A DNA stretch of 64,000 bases from Lepidodermella squamata (lineage: Eukaryota; Animalia; Gastrotricha). Shown in pieces: positions 1 through 13,350 of this stretch; position 1 is the stretch's first letter, and each line of letters begins with the position of its first letter. The stretch spans positions 1,178,001 to 1,242,000 of the forward strand of contig JBLDXI010000042.1 of assembly GCA_047495785.1 (NCBI GenBank), written 5' to 3'. Made by a program: the position numbers and the translations under genes. The notes beneath the pieces are model-generated. The model was not told the DNA's origin and did no database searches. It saw only the letters and a program-made list of their open reading frames with translations.

Positions 1-1790
1 CGCGCAGCGAAAAACACCATAACTACGGCGGCCACAACGACCAGCTTGGTCTCAAAATTCTTAGCTGAATAAGCTCTACGCGTTAAAATTATTAATATAT
101 CAGCACAAATTCGCTGAATAAAAAAATGCGAATGCAAAGTTGATCAACAAAATTATGAAAATTTGTCTTGACAAAGGGTGTGGCGTCAAATGGGTGCGCC
201 CTGTGAATGTGGGGCTTGGACCAGTTGAAGGGGCGCCTTGAGTTACCCATTTCTCATGAATATTTGTAATTGAAGTCGCAGTTAAAATACACCTAGAATA
301 AAAGAATCGATATTTGAAAATTTACTCAGTTTGTTATTTATCTCATATTAGACCGCGTGGCCTATTGGCAAAAATCTGTGATAGGTGTTGGCATGCGGAT
401 TTCACCTCTCGAAAGCCCGTCATATTCTGTAATTGACATGGTTATTTTACTAAACCGGGACTATTCCTAATTGTCGTGAAATGATTCTCAAAAACGTCGA
501 AATTTCGAAATTTTAAGGTGGATCGGCCGCGCCTCCTATAGACAAAAAACTATGAGGGCTACGACGATGGGCCTAGTGTCGTTCGATTCGTCTTGAAATT
601 CTACGTCGGCCTACATAATGTCTATGTGCGCACAAAACTGCTACGCGTGTCGGAAATATGACAGAAAACGGCTCTGAGTGAGTGTGTTAGCGCCGCCGCG
701 CACTAGAAATGAGTTGAAAAACGCGATTCTCCGGGCTTCTATTGCTCGACAACCATGAGCGCTACGATTATGCGGTTGGGCTCTAAAAATTCAGCGGAAA
801 ATTTGCTGCATTTTACGTACATTCAAATACAAGCGCTACCAGAATGAGGTGTCAAAAAAAATTAACAATAGTCGGAAAAATTGAAAATTTTACTGCGCAA
901 TCAATAGCGCCATAAATAAAAGGGCTACAACGACCAGCCCGGACTCAAATTGGCCAGCCTGCTATGCTCTAAGCGTTAGAATCATTAATATAACAGCGCA
1001 AATGAAGATAATGATGAACATGAGAGTGCAAAGTTGATAAATGTTAAACAAAATTTACTTTGGCTTGGGCGTGGCATCAAATGGGTGCGTCTTGTGAGTG
1101 TGAGGCATCAACCATCAAGTAGGGCGCCTCGAATAACCTATGTCTCATGAAAATTCGTCACTGATGTCGCAGTAAAATATGACCCGTAAATATAAAAGCG
1201 AAATTTCGAATTTTTTTGCGTTGATTTTTATCTCACATTTCACCGCGAGGCTTATATGCAAACAACCGTGATAGGTGTTGGCATGCGGTGTTCACCGTTC
1301 GAAAGCCCGTCAAACTTTGTACGGGAAATAGTTGCTTTATTACACAGGGACTCTTCCAAACTTTCGTGAAAAAAATCACAAAAACATCGAAATTGTGAAA
1401 TTTTAAGGTGGATGGACCGCGCCTTCTATAGGCAAATAACTGTGAGTGCTACGGCGATGGGCGTAGTCTCGTTCGATTCGTCTTGAAATTTTACGTTGGA
1501 CTCAATGATTTGTATGTGCGCACAAGACTGCTGCATGTGCTTAAAATTTGACAGAAATCAACTCACTGTGAGTGTGCGAGCGCCGCGGCACGCTAAAAAT
1601 AGGTTGAAAAATGCGATTTACCGCGCCTCTTGCTGTTCAACAACCATGAGGGCTGTTATAACGCGGCTGGTCTCTAAAAATTCAGCGCAAAATTTGCTAC
1701 ATTCTACGTGCATTCAAATATGAGCGCTACCAGGTTGAGCTGCCAAACAAATTGACAAAAGTCGAAAAAATTGAAATTTTAATTTTCACT
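1..1790. repeat. Two diverged tandem copies of an ~890-bp unit (array may continue left of the window)
   Basis: Anchors recur at a fixed 890-bp offset: gtgataggtgttggcatgcgg at 378 and 1268; ttttaaggtggat at 511 and 1401. Confidence 0.85.
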
Positions 1791-2069
1791 AAAAATCAAT
1801 CGCGCGCTAAACGCTCTAGTCAGGGGAAATCTGGCGAATCTCGCGGCGGTTTTGGTACCAAAAAATCGGCCATCCTTTCTAGTATCTAAAAATTTGACTT
1901 TGTCACGACAAATTCCGCACCTATCTGGGTGTCATACGCGCCTTGAAAGTTTCACACACAGTTAGTGAGGGCCACTTTTTCAAGTGCGCACAACTTGTAA
2001 ATTCAATACAAAATCAATCGTTGATCGTATGAAAATAAAATTTAGACTGTTCGATGCAGAATTTTTCGT

Positions 2070-3831
2070 AGAAAGTCACTGATGCAGCCCTCCCCCCAGG
2101 GAGGGCCGCCAAACTGGCTTTATATTGACATTTCGAAGAGGCGCATCGCAACGACCAGGCTCTCGCGTGTGATGTAATTAACCTCGGTCATGAGGGTGCC
2201 GGTAACCGTGACCCAGACGGCGGCGTAAGCAGCTCATGAATATTAATTAGCAGTTGGGTAGTTTTTTATGAATAAAAATTCGCCACAAATTAACCGCCCG
2301 ATGAAAACAGCTGGAAAGTTTTTATACAGAGGTTTAAAAAAAGATCTATCTACGACTTATTTTTCCATATTTTTATCGTGAAAATTCGTTCCCCTAGCTT
2401 CGTTTTTCGTCCAGCGCAAAACGCCTCTACCATTGTCGCCTCGACCGGCGAAGTTGAGAGAGAGGCGCTGGACCTCCGGTTCAGGCTGCGGCTCCGCCGC
2501 TAGGGGAACCCTATCGGGTTGGTTCGCGCAATCATCTAGAAAAACGGGGCACCAGCTGCCGGTTGCCGCAAAAATTTTCAAAATCGGATTATTTTTGGTG
2601 AAGTTATAGATGAAATAAGATCGGCCGGTTTTTATTTCCCCCACCCTCCAAACCGGGGTTGAATATCATGTTTTTTAAGAAAGATAACTGATGCCTCCCT
2701 CCCCCGGGGGAGGGAGGCAGCCGGTAATTCATAAAAAGTTTTTAACGGCATATAAAAAGTTTCCAGCGCCACTACCAGTTGCGCTATTAGCGCTGCCACG
2801 GAGCGCGTGAGTTAACAATAGAGCGCCGGTGATTACGCAAGAGGTGTCGTGTGCGCGCGCGATAGCGCGCGGCAGTGGCGACCGGCTCCGGTGACCTAGC
2901 GCCGTTAGGTCAAGGTAGTTACGCAATTGCGTAATAAATAATGCGATTTTTTCGTTTTTAATTTTTTAAAAATCAGCAATTGATGCGGCAAAAATGGAAA
3001 GTTTCTAGCCGCCACTTGAAAGCCTGCCCGATTTTTCGGTATTTTTAGATTTTCTACATGTATCACAGGAATTTCCCTAGCAAGGTATTCCAAAGCGGCC
3101 ATAACCCCTTCTGCATCAGCAGTCGCTGATGCGCCGTACTCTGTCGCTTATTGGGGACTTCGTCCCTGTGGGACCGTTGGTGCGCAACCATCTAGAAAAA
3201 CGGGGCACCAGCTGCCGGTTGCCGCAAAAATTTTCAAATTCCGATTATTTTTGGTGAAGTTATTGATGAAATAAGGTCGGCCGGTTTTTATTTCCCCCAC
3301 CCTCCAAACCGGGGTTGAATATCATGTTTTTTAAGAAAGATGACTGATGCCTCCCTCCCCCGGGGGAGGGAGGCAGCCGGTAATTCATAAAAAGTTATTA
3401 ACGGCAATAAACAGAAAGAATGGCGCAGTGGCGCAGCCACAGTGTGCGCGCGGTTGTAATGAGCGGCGGTGATTACGCGTGTGTGGTCGTGTGCGCGCGC
3501 GAGAGCGCGCGGTGGTGGCGACCGGCTCCGGTGACCTAGCGCCGTTAGGTCAAGGTAGTTGCGCAATTGCGTAACCGAAGAAGCGATTTTTTCGTTTTTA
3601 ATTGTTTAAAAATCAGTAGTTTGTTCGGTATGTTTGAAGAAAAATTATTGGAGGTTTTGAAACATGGCCGATTTTTTGGTATTTTTTGGAATTTTATAGC
3701 TATCACAGGAGTTTCCCTAGGAGTTTCCGCGAATCGGCCTATAACCTCATCCGCATCAGCAGTGGCTGATGCGCCGTACTCTATTGCTTATGGGGACTCC
3801 GTCCCTGTGGGACCTTTGGTGCGCAACCATC
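2070..3831. repeat. Tandem ~650-bp repeat (two clear copies at 2533-3188 and 3189-3831, one degenerate upstream copy), each with a GC hairpin
   Basis: catctagaaaaacggggcaccagctgccgg at 2533 and 3189. Hairpin gcctccctccccc-gggggagggaggc at ~2693 and ~3348, with a degenerate version at ~2085. Confidence 0.8.
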
Positions 3832-4957
3832 AAGCTCCGTCAAGCTATAGATCACTTGTACACTCTATTTCAATCATTCGCGAATGCTCATGATTATTAT
3901 TTTGTAATAAACGCAAATGTAGGGCGTGACCTCGAAAAAGTCCCGAGACGTCACAGATTGTTTATTTACTTATGTCTGCATACCTTAATTTGCGATTCGC
4001 GACATTTCTAAGTGTCTAGACTGAGCTGGGTCATTTTGCGGTGCCACGGCGTGCTATTTATAGCACTCAAGGTATTGTCCAACCGCTAATCCGTGGGGTG
4101 GGTTACTTTTTTGTCCACGGAATGCTGGCACGACCGCATATATGCATGTGCATCAGCGAGTTTTTTATCGCGTGGTGTTTACCAACCGGTGGGACCACTC
4201 TGGACACTCGCGACATGCCTATGAATAAATTGCCGGTAAACTCGAGCTAATCACACAATCTTGATAACAGTCTCAATTTTTCTATACTGAACCAAAACGG
4301 AGATCTTAGGAATAGGATCCCTATATGCATTCATAGCTTCAGAGACCAGTCACAGATTTTATTTTTCATTTATTAAGGAAGATGGTTAGTTACCTGCTTT
4401 TGTTCCCAGGGAAAGCTCGTGATCCTCGAATTTTCAGTTCTTCCAAATACTTGGCAAAAATCCAAGTTCAGAGTTTCCTGAAAATCGATCCCTTTCCTAT
4501 AGTTATAGTTTTGGAATTTCGAACCTACGTCTAGAGATCTTGAATAGCATCCTTTTCTTTGTTTGCTTAGGACTTGGGACAAAAAACTAGTTCAGTCCTT
4601 AGTCCACCTGTCCTATTATCAATCCTCTCCTCATACGCTTATAATGAGATGTTTACCATAGCGGTAAAAACCTCCCTAAGCAAATATATATATATCCGTT
4701 AGGTACAGCCAACATACATAATTGTCGCGTTTCTTATTTGTTACAATAAATAAAACACTTGCTACAACAGGAAAAAAGCCGTTAATCATAAAAGAAATAG
4801 GTCACCAAGCTGATGATTAATGATTACCTAACACTATGGGTGAGCTGAACAGTGCTTTGGATGCTTCGAGAATTTTAACAATTATTCCATAGCCAATATA
4901 ATCTTTTCATATCATAGGCAAGAATTATTCTTGAAATTTTAACAACGAAATAAAGAA

Positions 4958-5438
4958 ATGTCGCCCAATGCATTGTTTGGATTCCTTCTGGTAGCTGCAG
5001 CGTCCTTAGCAACCACGAGTAAGACACACTTTCTATGAGCCCTTGAAATGACTTTACATCTTAATCTCTACCCCAGGCGCAGTTACTTGCTACAAGGGCA
5101 CGTACGACACGAGCACTACAACCTTGACCCAAGTAACCGGCTGCTTGTCATGCCAGAGCGTTACAACAACTGTTACTAAAAGCGGCGTGACAACAACAAC
5201 AAAGACGCGCGACTGTTCTTCAACTAAAGACGTCATCTATTCGTGCACGGATAACAGCGAAACCGTCGGCGGCACGCAGACTACGACGACTCGTACGTGC
5301 TACTGCAGCTGGAGCGACCTGTGCAACTGCCCGGCTGACAACGCCGAACCATGCAAGGCATCGGCTTCTTCCATTGCTACGACCGCTGCTATTTTGATCA
5401 ATATCTCAGGTCTTTTAGCAGTTTCATTCAGCATGTGA
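4958..5438 (+). CDS. Thr-rich Ly6/uPAR (three-finger)-like GPI-anchored protein, ~140 aa; exons 4958-5018 and 5077-5438
   Basis: Signal-peptide exon MSPNALFGFLLVAAASLATT, then a 58-bp phase-1 GT-AG intron. Mature part starts VTCYKG, has 8 Cys ending CYC..DLCN, then a small-residue spacer and a hydrophobic GPI-type tail (AILINISGLLAVSFSM). Confidence 0.8.
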
Positions 5439-6257
5439 TAATAGTGCTGGACGCTTCTTGTTATCTGTACTCAGCCTATATGTAATCGTTGCGAAGATTT
5501 ATACAAAATACTTTGTTAGCATTCAAGTACTGAAAATAGGAGGAAAGAGTACCATAATTTTTTCATGGTGCCAAATAAAGAAAGGGTTATCTACATTCTA
5601 CATAATTGTGAGCACAATATAGTTTTTTCACTGTACCTTTTCACTTTCACTTGCAATGGGCCCACCTGCTAAGCTTGAAAATCATGATAATAATTTTGTA
5701 ACAACATTTTGAAAAGAGCTGGACTCTATCCGTCACTGCTTGCGCCTTTACGGCATAATTCATTATTGATATGATCATTTTGTGATAAATTCCCAAGGTG
5801 TGCGAATAAAATTGAAACCCGAGCTTGAATCTTCAGAATCTTTCAGAGGAAGGGAGTAGGAGGGGGATGGGGTTATCAGTCCTTCAGACCGGACAAGAGT
5901 ACGGCGACAAAACAGCAACTGTGCAAAACAGCAAATGCGATAAAACAGAGAAATTTGCTGTTATGTTTTTATGTTCTTGCTGTTGTGACGGTTTAGAATC
6001 TAGAAAATAAATCTGTAGCCCGCAGTTTTGTCAATTTTGAGAGGTTTCAAAGCCTCCTGTTTAGTCGATAATCTTCTGAGTTTCCTCGCTATGCTCGTTT
6101 TATTATTGAAATAATTGGTAATTTGGCAACTACAGCCAGAACAATTTTCCACTCTTGGCGAGCTTCAGAATCCAAGATCGCACCCTGTTTACTCATCTCG
6201 GAAGAAAGAAAAAAGGACAAACAAGCTCTATTATCAGTTTATTTCGAGGCTCATTGT

Positions 6258-7785
6258 TTAATAAAGGATTATTACAGTAGAAACACTAATATAGCAGTTA
6301 TAACTCAAGTTATTCTCAATTTGAACAGTGACACTCTCAAGATAAATTCCGTTACCACCATAACAAGGAACATCAATCGAAGAGTTTGAAACAATCCTCG
6401 CAAAATCGATATAACGATTACCACTATCATAATTCTGAGGTTTCACAACAAAGCTAGCTTCAATAAGCTGACCGTTCGAAAATTGGAAGCCAACACTCAC
6501 GCCGTACTTAACATTAGGGCGCCGCAAGCACGGCAGCCTTTGAACAACCGCAATTTCGGGCAAATGACATTTCTCAACAATCTGCCTGCTTGTTTCGATC
6601 TTCAAAGGTTCGAAAACAGCTATTTTGTTCTTTGTGACCAAGTAGCCGTAGATGTAATCGTCGTAGGACACTTTAGTAAACTCGACTGGTCTCAAGGCCG
6701 AATTTTCGCGACCATAACGCGAATCATAAGCCAAGAAGCAATCAGCATTCCCGACTTCATATTCCACCGAAGAACTTGGATGAAAAACTTGGCTTTCCCG
6801 TGACAAAATGAGTTGAATTGAAGTTTTGAAGTAGTTGACCAGAATCTCAGCCACGAGAAGATGTGTCTTCACGCTTGGGTGGTATCGATCTTTCAGGGTA
6901 GTGTAGTGCTTCTCAATAGTTTCCACCTCTCCGCTCGTCATATTTTCAAACTCGATCCAACTCGAGTCATTTCCAATGAAAAATGGAAGTGCGACGTAGG
7001 GGATATTGAACTTGGCAGCGCTTTCAAAATGAGGCGTATAGTAATCAGGGTAGTCGAAAGGTTTGTCCTTTCTAGAACCTTTGTTTCGAATCCGTCTCGT
7101 TTCGGGAAAATCGACCATGATAATGAAGATTTCCGGGTTGATATGCCGAGCTTTTTCGATCAACCGTTCCATGTGATGTTCGTTGTCAACGTTCCAGGAA
7201 ATTTGGATCAGCATTATGTCGAATTTTCGAGGGTCAAAGAGCTCTTGCATGCAGTAGGCGAAGAATAGCCTAGAAATGTTACAATCTAAGAGGAATTAGT
7301 GGAACGAATCATGATTTCTCTCACCCATAAGTTGCGCCAAGTGACCAGTTTTCACAGACGACTCCGTTCAAGTTGGAATCAAGCCAGCTACAGAATAAAC
7401 TGAAGAACCCATCTTTCTGTAAAGAGGGATGAAATATGGGATAAATCTAATAAAATTCAATAAATACCTCTTCAATATTTCTTGGGACGGAAGTTGACTC
7501 TCCGACCAGAACAATTCTAATCGCCTCATTCAGTTTCCGGTTCGTCAAAAGCGTTATAAGAGGATGCAGATCGCCGAGGTTCGGAATTGCTTTCTCATAA
7601 AATTGGGCGTAAATCGAGCTGAAAGGTGATTTCGGGATTCTACCCAAGGCTTGTTCAACTTGCTCGTTGAGAGTGTATTCAAAGGTTTTCCTGTCATCGG
7701 ATGGTTGCAATGCAATGTATAGCAATAGAAAAGATCCGAGTGAAACTGAAAGAAGTCGCTTCAATCTGGATGGAGAAAATCGCAT
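6258..7785 (-). CDS. SGNH-1: type II membrane SGNH/GDSL-fold hydrolase/acyltransferase-like protein, ~473 aa; exons 7785-7468, 7416-7325, 7269-6258
   Basis: N-terminal hydrophobic anchor. SGNH blocks: VLVGESTS (I), ENWSLGAT (II), IQISWNVD (III), DRYHPS (V). GT-AG introns at the same positions as in the paralogs. Confidence 0.8.
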
Positions 7786-7891
7786 TTTTGATTGGGTTTT
7801 TTTACATAATTTCCCACACAGAAAAATTCGATTTTTTTACGTTCATTGAAGAAAATGAATGAGGCGCTTTTGATTTATAAATCACTCGAAA

Positions 7892-9502
7892 ATGAATGCA
7901 AAAACTCGAATCTTCGTTTTACTATGGAATTTAGTGGTTTTACTGCCTTTAGCTGCTTATTTTATTTTCAACACTCCAACTCGGGATTTTCGATATAATT
8001 TTTCCTCATCAAAAGAAGGAGAATTTTTCGGCAATATCGCTCAGTCTCCGTTCAGCTCGATATACAGCCAATTCTACGGCTTTTCGATTCGGCATTTCGG
8101 CGATGTCTCCAATCTTCAAAACGCGTTTTCCAGCCTTGCTTCTTCGCGAAATTCCAGCGCCGATCGTCCAAAGCTTAGCGTCGCCCTTGTTGGCGAATCT
8201 ACGTCTGTACCTCATGGAGTTCACAAGGTTAAGGAAAATATTTCCCGAAATATTAGCTGGGCAAAATCTATTTCTATTTAGCACGAAAATGCCTTCTTTT
8301 TGATGTGCAAATGGCTCAATCAAACTTTGTTGCCAGTTGGAGCGGAAGCGTATTGTGAGAATTGGGCAGCTGGAGCGACACCAAGGTTTTCCTTCGGAAT
8401 ATCTCAACCTCAGAAGAAGTTCTTCTTTCTCATTTCAGCTTATTCTTCGCCTATTGCCACCAAGAGCTGTTCAACGTTTCGAACTTCGACGTAGTCATCA
8501 TTCAAATATCTCTCAATTGGGACCAAACTTACAACAACCCGAAAGCTAGACACGTCGATTTGCTGATAGCTTCGCTACGCCACCGCAATCCCAGGGTTCA
8601 AATAATTCTTCTCGATTTCCCGGATACAAGAAAGCTGTTCAACCCAGGTTGCCAGTATCCAGGCGACAATTATGCCACTAACTTGTTGGCCGCTAAGGAA
8701 TTGAATGTCCCATTGATTGGTATGAAAGGATTACTGACAAATGAGGACAAATGGTGGCGATTTTTAAAAGTTTCAAAGCGGCACAGGCAACAAATTTCAG
8801 GTTTTGAATCTTTATTTCGATTTCAGAATTTTTCACTTTTTCTCAGAATTTTATGTTTCGCCCGAGGACAAGCGACATCCCAGCGCCAAGGCTCATCTCA
8901 TGATGGCCGAGTTCATAGTCAACTTTTTCAAACAATCTTTAATCCAAGCTCTTGAAACTCGATCTGGTGGTGAAGTGCAATATCAAAAGTTACAGCCGAT
9001 TCGAACAGATTGTTTTCTGTCTTTCGAGCATCACGAAGGTCGGCAAAACATGAAATTGATGCCTCGTCCCAATCTTACAATGGATTTCGGTCAAAATGAC
9101 TGGCTAATGGCTCATAAAGTACTGCGAGGGACTCGTGTAAAATGGACCTTGGAAAATTTCACTCAGCCAATCAAAAATTGCTGCCCTGATTCTGATTGCT
9201 GTTATCTACCCCGGTTCGCAATCTCTCACCGCGTTTCAGCGGCGTTGAGCTACCAACCTTTCAACTTCGTAATCAGAGCGACAGTTACCTTTAAAAACGG
9301 GCGGAAATCTCATGTCGGCTACAACATCCCTGTTAATGGAACAATTCATCACGTTTCTTCTCCACCAGACGAAATCGCTCATTTGAGAGTGCCCTGCTCC
9401 GAGATTGAAGGTGAATTTATTGAAAAAACTGAAATTACTATCAAAAATGGAGCTACCTCGTACGCAGCTATTCACAGTATTATAGCTTTGAACAAATGCT
9501 GA
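7892..9502 (+). CDS. SGNH-2: type II membrane SGNH-fold protein, ~485 aa; exons 7892-8227, 8282-8385, 8439-8800, 8847-9502
   Basis: TM anchor; ALVGESTS, ENWAAGAT, QISLNWD, DKRHPS; C-terminal CCPDSDCCYLPRF domain. Three short introns restore one frame. AATAAA overlaps the stop. Confidence 0.85.
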
Positions 9503-9715
9503 ATAAAATTGTTTGATGAACACTGGAATTGTTTTCTCGCTGATAACTTTTGCTACTTATCATCTATTGACTTGTGTGTTAAAGCTATAAAAGAAAGCAT
9601 AGTAAACAAAGCGGTGTAGTGGCACCGGCAAAATACGAGTTGCATGTTAACAAAGGCTCGCATTTTATCATATACAGACCCTCAATAACTTGTTACTACT
9701 ATACGATGTTACAAC

Positions 9716-11138
9716 ATGGCGAAATTAGTGAAATTTTTGAAGCTTATTCTTTTTGTATTAGCAGCTTACTACCCATTTAAGAGTACGATTTATGGCGTTT
9801 TTCTACGGAAATACCTCCTATCGCAGGCGATAAGACTCGGCCCTGTGGCTGGTTTAGTTCGGAGTCTTAAATTAGACGCTGGCCAAAGGCGGCCCAATTT
9901 CGACTACGGCGATGAAGGGCTGCTATTCTACGAGGGCATCAACTCTTTGCAGCTGAGAGAGAACGCCTACCAGTTATTCATTGAATCTTGGTCAGTCTAC
10001 AACAAAACAGTAGAAAACGGCTACATTCCTACAATCCCCCTCCATTCGATACTGGACTTTCTGCAATGGAGCGCGGTTGAGACGAAACGGCTCGGTGATG
10101 CGCTGGATTACGTTAAAATTGCGTTAGCTTCGCCTGATGTTCAGGCTTATCCGGATAGGCTCGATTTTTTCAAGAGTCGTCTTACCTTTTTGAACTCTGA
10201 GATTGTCCTTAAGGACTTCTTGGTAAGCTTTGATCCAACTTGGAATTTCTTTTTAAATTTTAAATCTCATTTAGGAAAATGGGACGAATATAGAAGCTGC
10301 TTCGAGTGAAATTCGAATCGAAAAAGCCAAGCAGTTGGAAAGCATTCAAGACTACGACGTGTGCCGCGATGAATTTGCGAATGTAGCTAACGAACGTATG
10401 GCTAAAGACCCTCGCCTTGTCTGCCGCTACGACAACCGAAATTACCATCCCTACCTAATCTACTCACCGGTGAAAGAGGAAATCATCAACCTTGACCCAA
10501 TCGCTTACATCGCCTACGATCTGGCTACGCCAAGTGAAATATCTAAGCTGATCCGGCTGGCTGAGCCTATGTTGGAAAAAGCTACGACAGTCGTTCATGA
10601 AACTCATGGAGCTCGAGCTTTGTACAGCGAAAGGTGGTCGAAACATGCTTGGGTACCCTCAGACACTGTGCCGAAGCTTACGAGAAGAATCGAAGCTACA
10701 GTCGGCATGAACGCGCAGGATCACGATGGCTGTGAGTTGTACCAGGTTAATCGATACGGGATCGGCGGGCATTATCGGCCTCATCCTGATTATATGGAAC
10801 CATCTGCCGATCCGGCTTTTGGTGATAGGATAGCGACCTTACTCATGTATTTCAACGACGTAGAAGAGGGTGGTGGCACGATGTTCCAGCATTTGAAGCT
10901 GAGGGTTATGCCTAAAGTTGGAGCTGGGCTTGTTTGGTTCAATATGCATCGCAATGAAACTGTCGACCCGCGAACGCTGCATGGCGGTTGTCCTGTCATC
11001 AGGGGCCACAAATGGGTGGCCAATAAATGGTTCCGCTTCAGGGGCCAGGTTCATCATAAGCCATGTGGAAAACGGCAGACAACGCCCTTTAGCTTGAAAG
11101 ACTTGAATCTACCGAAATGGATGCAATACAAGAAATGA
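9716..11138 (+). CDS. P4HA: P4H-1: prolyl 4-hydroxylase alpha-like, ~456 aa, one TPR-like module; exons 9716-10222 and 10275-11138
   Basis: YQVNRYGIGGHYRPHPD (HxD), DRIATLLMY, HGGCPVIRGHKWVANKW (distal His and 2OG-binding Lys). Symbol is family-level only. Confidence 0.9.
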
Positions 11139-11411
11139 TGATTCATGAAGTAAAATCAATGTATACTTGAATGATCAAACAATTTTTCAAGCAACTGTCG
11201 TTGATTTAGCTTCATTCAAAGGCCTTGGCGTGACCGAATGTCATTTTTGGGGTTGATTTTAGAAATTTTCCGTTTTTCAAAGAAGACAATTATCTTTTAT
11301 TGAGGTCATAATAATGAAATCGAACCAATTTTCAACGCGTGCTCATTTTAAGCCAAAATCAATTAACGTAAATACATCAAAGAATCATCATTACATTTTT
11401 TGAATGAAACA

Positions 11412-12960
11412 ATGCATTACATTTGCCGTATTTACATCGCATTTTTAATTAGCTTCCTGCCAATCTTATTGGTCACTTATCTCACTTTAAGCAGTGCCCC
11501 ACCAAAGACTGCAAATAAAAGACCAGCGGTATCCGATTTGTTCGGCAGGATTTTGAAGTCACCATTCAGCTCAGTCTATAGCCAATTTTACGACTTTTCA
11601 ATTCGGAATTTCGGCGATGTTTGCTATCTCAGATCCGCTATGTCTCGTCTCGCTATGAAGCAAAGGTTCACATCCGAAAGGCAAAGGTTCAACATTGCTC
11701 TTGCTGGCGAATCAACGTCTGTTTCTCATGGTGTTTTAAAGGTAACACTCTTTATCAAATTGTCAAAGCGTAACGACTATTTCTTTGCTTCCTAGGCAGA
11801 AAATGCGCAATATCTGTTCTGTCAATGGCTGAACAATACGCTATGGCCACTTGGATCTGAAGCTTATTGTGAAAATTGGGCAGTTTGAGCTACCCCGAGG
11901 TTCGATTTTTCCCTAGTAAATTCAGTGTAGAATACCTATTTCTTATGTAAAACAGCCTATTTTTCGCCTATTGTCATCAAGAATTCTTCAATGTTTCGAA
12001 TTTCGATGTTGTAATCATTCAGGAGACTCTTAACTGGGACCAGTTCTACCACAATCCGACTTTGAGGCATGTCGATTTGTTGATTGCTTCACTGCGCCAC
12101 CACAACCCTCAAGTTCAAATCGTTTTGCTGGATTTTCCGGACACGAGAAAGGTTTACAGACCAAACGACCATTATCCTGGCGATAATTTTGAATCGAATT
12201 TAATGGCTGCTAGAGAACTGAATATCCCATTAATCGGCATGTTTGGGATTCTATCCAACGAAGACAAATGTTGGGAATTTCCCGAAGCTCCGATCTTTCA
12301 GAGAGATAAACTTAAAGGTACTTCAATTTCATCAAAACATTGAGACCTAAACTTTTCCTTAGAGTTGTACGTCTCGAATATGGATAAATTCCACCCTAGC
12401 AAGCAGACTCATGTAATGTTCGCAGAATTTTTGGTCAATTTCTTCAAACAATCGCTTCTTCGAACTGATCGCAGCTCCGAAATCGCGACGGCATTGCCAA
12501 AGCCGGTTGGAACCGATTGCTTCCTTTATTTCGAGAACCGCGAGGGTCGCAACAACTTAAGACTGTAGCCGAGGCAAAAACTGCAAGCGGTGACTGAGTA
12601 CGATGTTGAATGGTTGATTGCGCATGGAATACCACGAAGAGCTTCGACGAATTGGCTGCTGGCTAATTTCACGCATCGCATCGAAAGCTGCTGCTATGAA
12701 GGCTGTTGCTACCTGCCACGCTTTGCCGTTTCAAGTCGCCCGTCGCTGCATAATCACGAGTTCAATTTGACAGTTCATGCGAATCTTACGCTGAGCAACG
12801 CAGCAGTTTTTGAGACGGTCTACGACATTCAAGTTAACGGTACGCTTAATTTTGTTTCGCCTTCGCTTGATGTCGCTCATCGGAAAATTCCATGTTCGAA
12901 CATTAACGGAGCTTCGATCCAGCGAGCTGATATCACGTTGACTAATCAAGGTGAATCGCA
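11412..12960 (+). pseudogene. SGNH-3 pseudogene; exons 11412-11741, 11796-11899, 11956-12317, 12363-~12960
   Basis: Colinear with SGNH-2 and SGNH-4 but has an in-frame TGA at 11886-11888 (ENWAV*ATP, in place of the block II Gly) and a TAG at 12566-12568. The C-terminus is replaced by unrelated sequence after ~12960. Confidence 0.8.
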
Positions 12961-13318
12961 CATTTTGATCTTGATCTGTTGTGCGCACAAACCGTCCGCT
13001 TCCGCTGGCGTAATCAATTGCCCAGGCTTGGCGACGGTGAACCGTGTCTTTCAAGTGTTGTAGCACTGCCATGCGTCGTCGAACGTGATGCTGGCTGGCA
13101 AACGTTTCTCAATAAAAACTTTGCAGTCGTCTGCGCATGCTCGGCACAACGCTGCCGTCGTCGCGATTCACACATCGAATGCTAGTGTCATTCATACAGG
13201 CTCGGTTGTTGTAGGTTGTAGCGGTCTTCGCTGAGTAGTAGGAGTAGTTGTATGCGTAGGATTAGTCATAGTAGGAGTAGTAGTAGGAGTAGTAGTCGTG
13301 GAAGTAGTCGTGGCAGGG

Positions 13319-13350
<32 letters not shown>

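Noticed and set aside
3917-4769. Possible solo LTR (tgtag...aataaa...ctacaaca)
   Set aside because: The flanks (gcaaa / ggaaa) do not form an exact TSD and the termini are ambiguous.
6483-7268. Antisense ORFs overlapping SGNH and P4H exons (here and throughout 6-33 kb)
   Set aside because: They are shadow ORFs of real coding exons, with no motifs and no conservation among paralogs.
11886-11888. In-frame TGA read as selenocysteine or readthrough in SGNH-3
   Set aside because: It replaces a conserved Gly (GGA to TGA), not a Cys, and the gene also has a TAG stop and a lost C-terminus.
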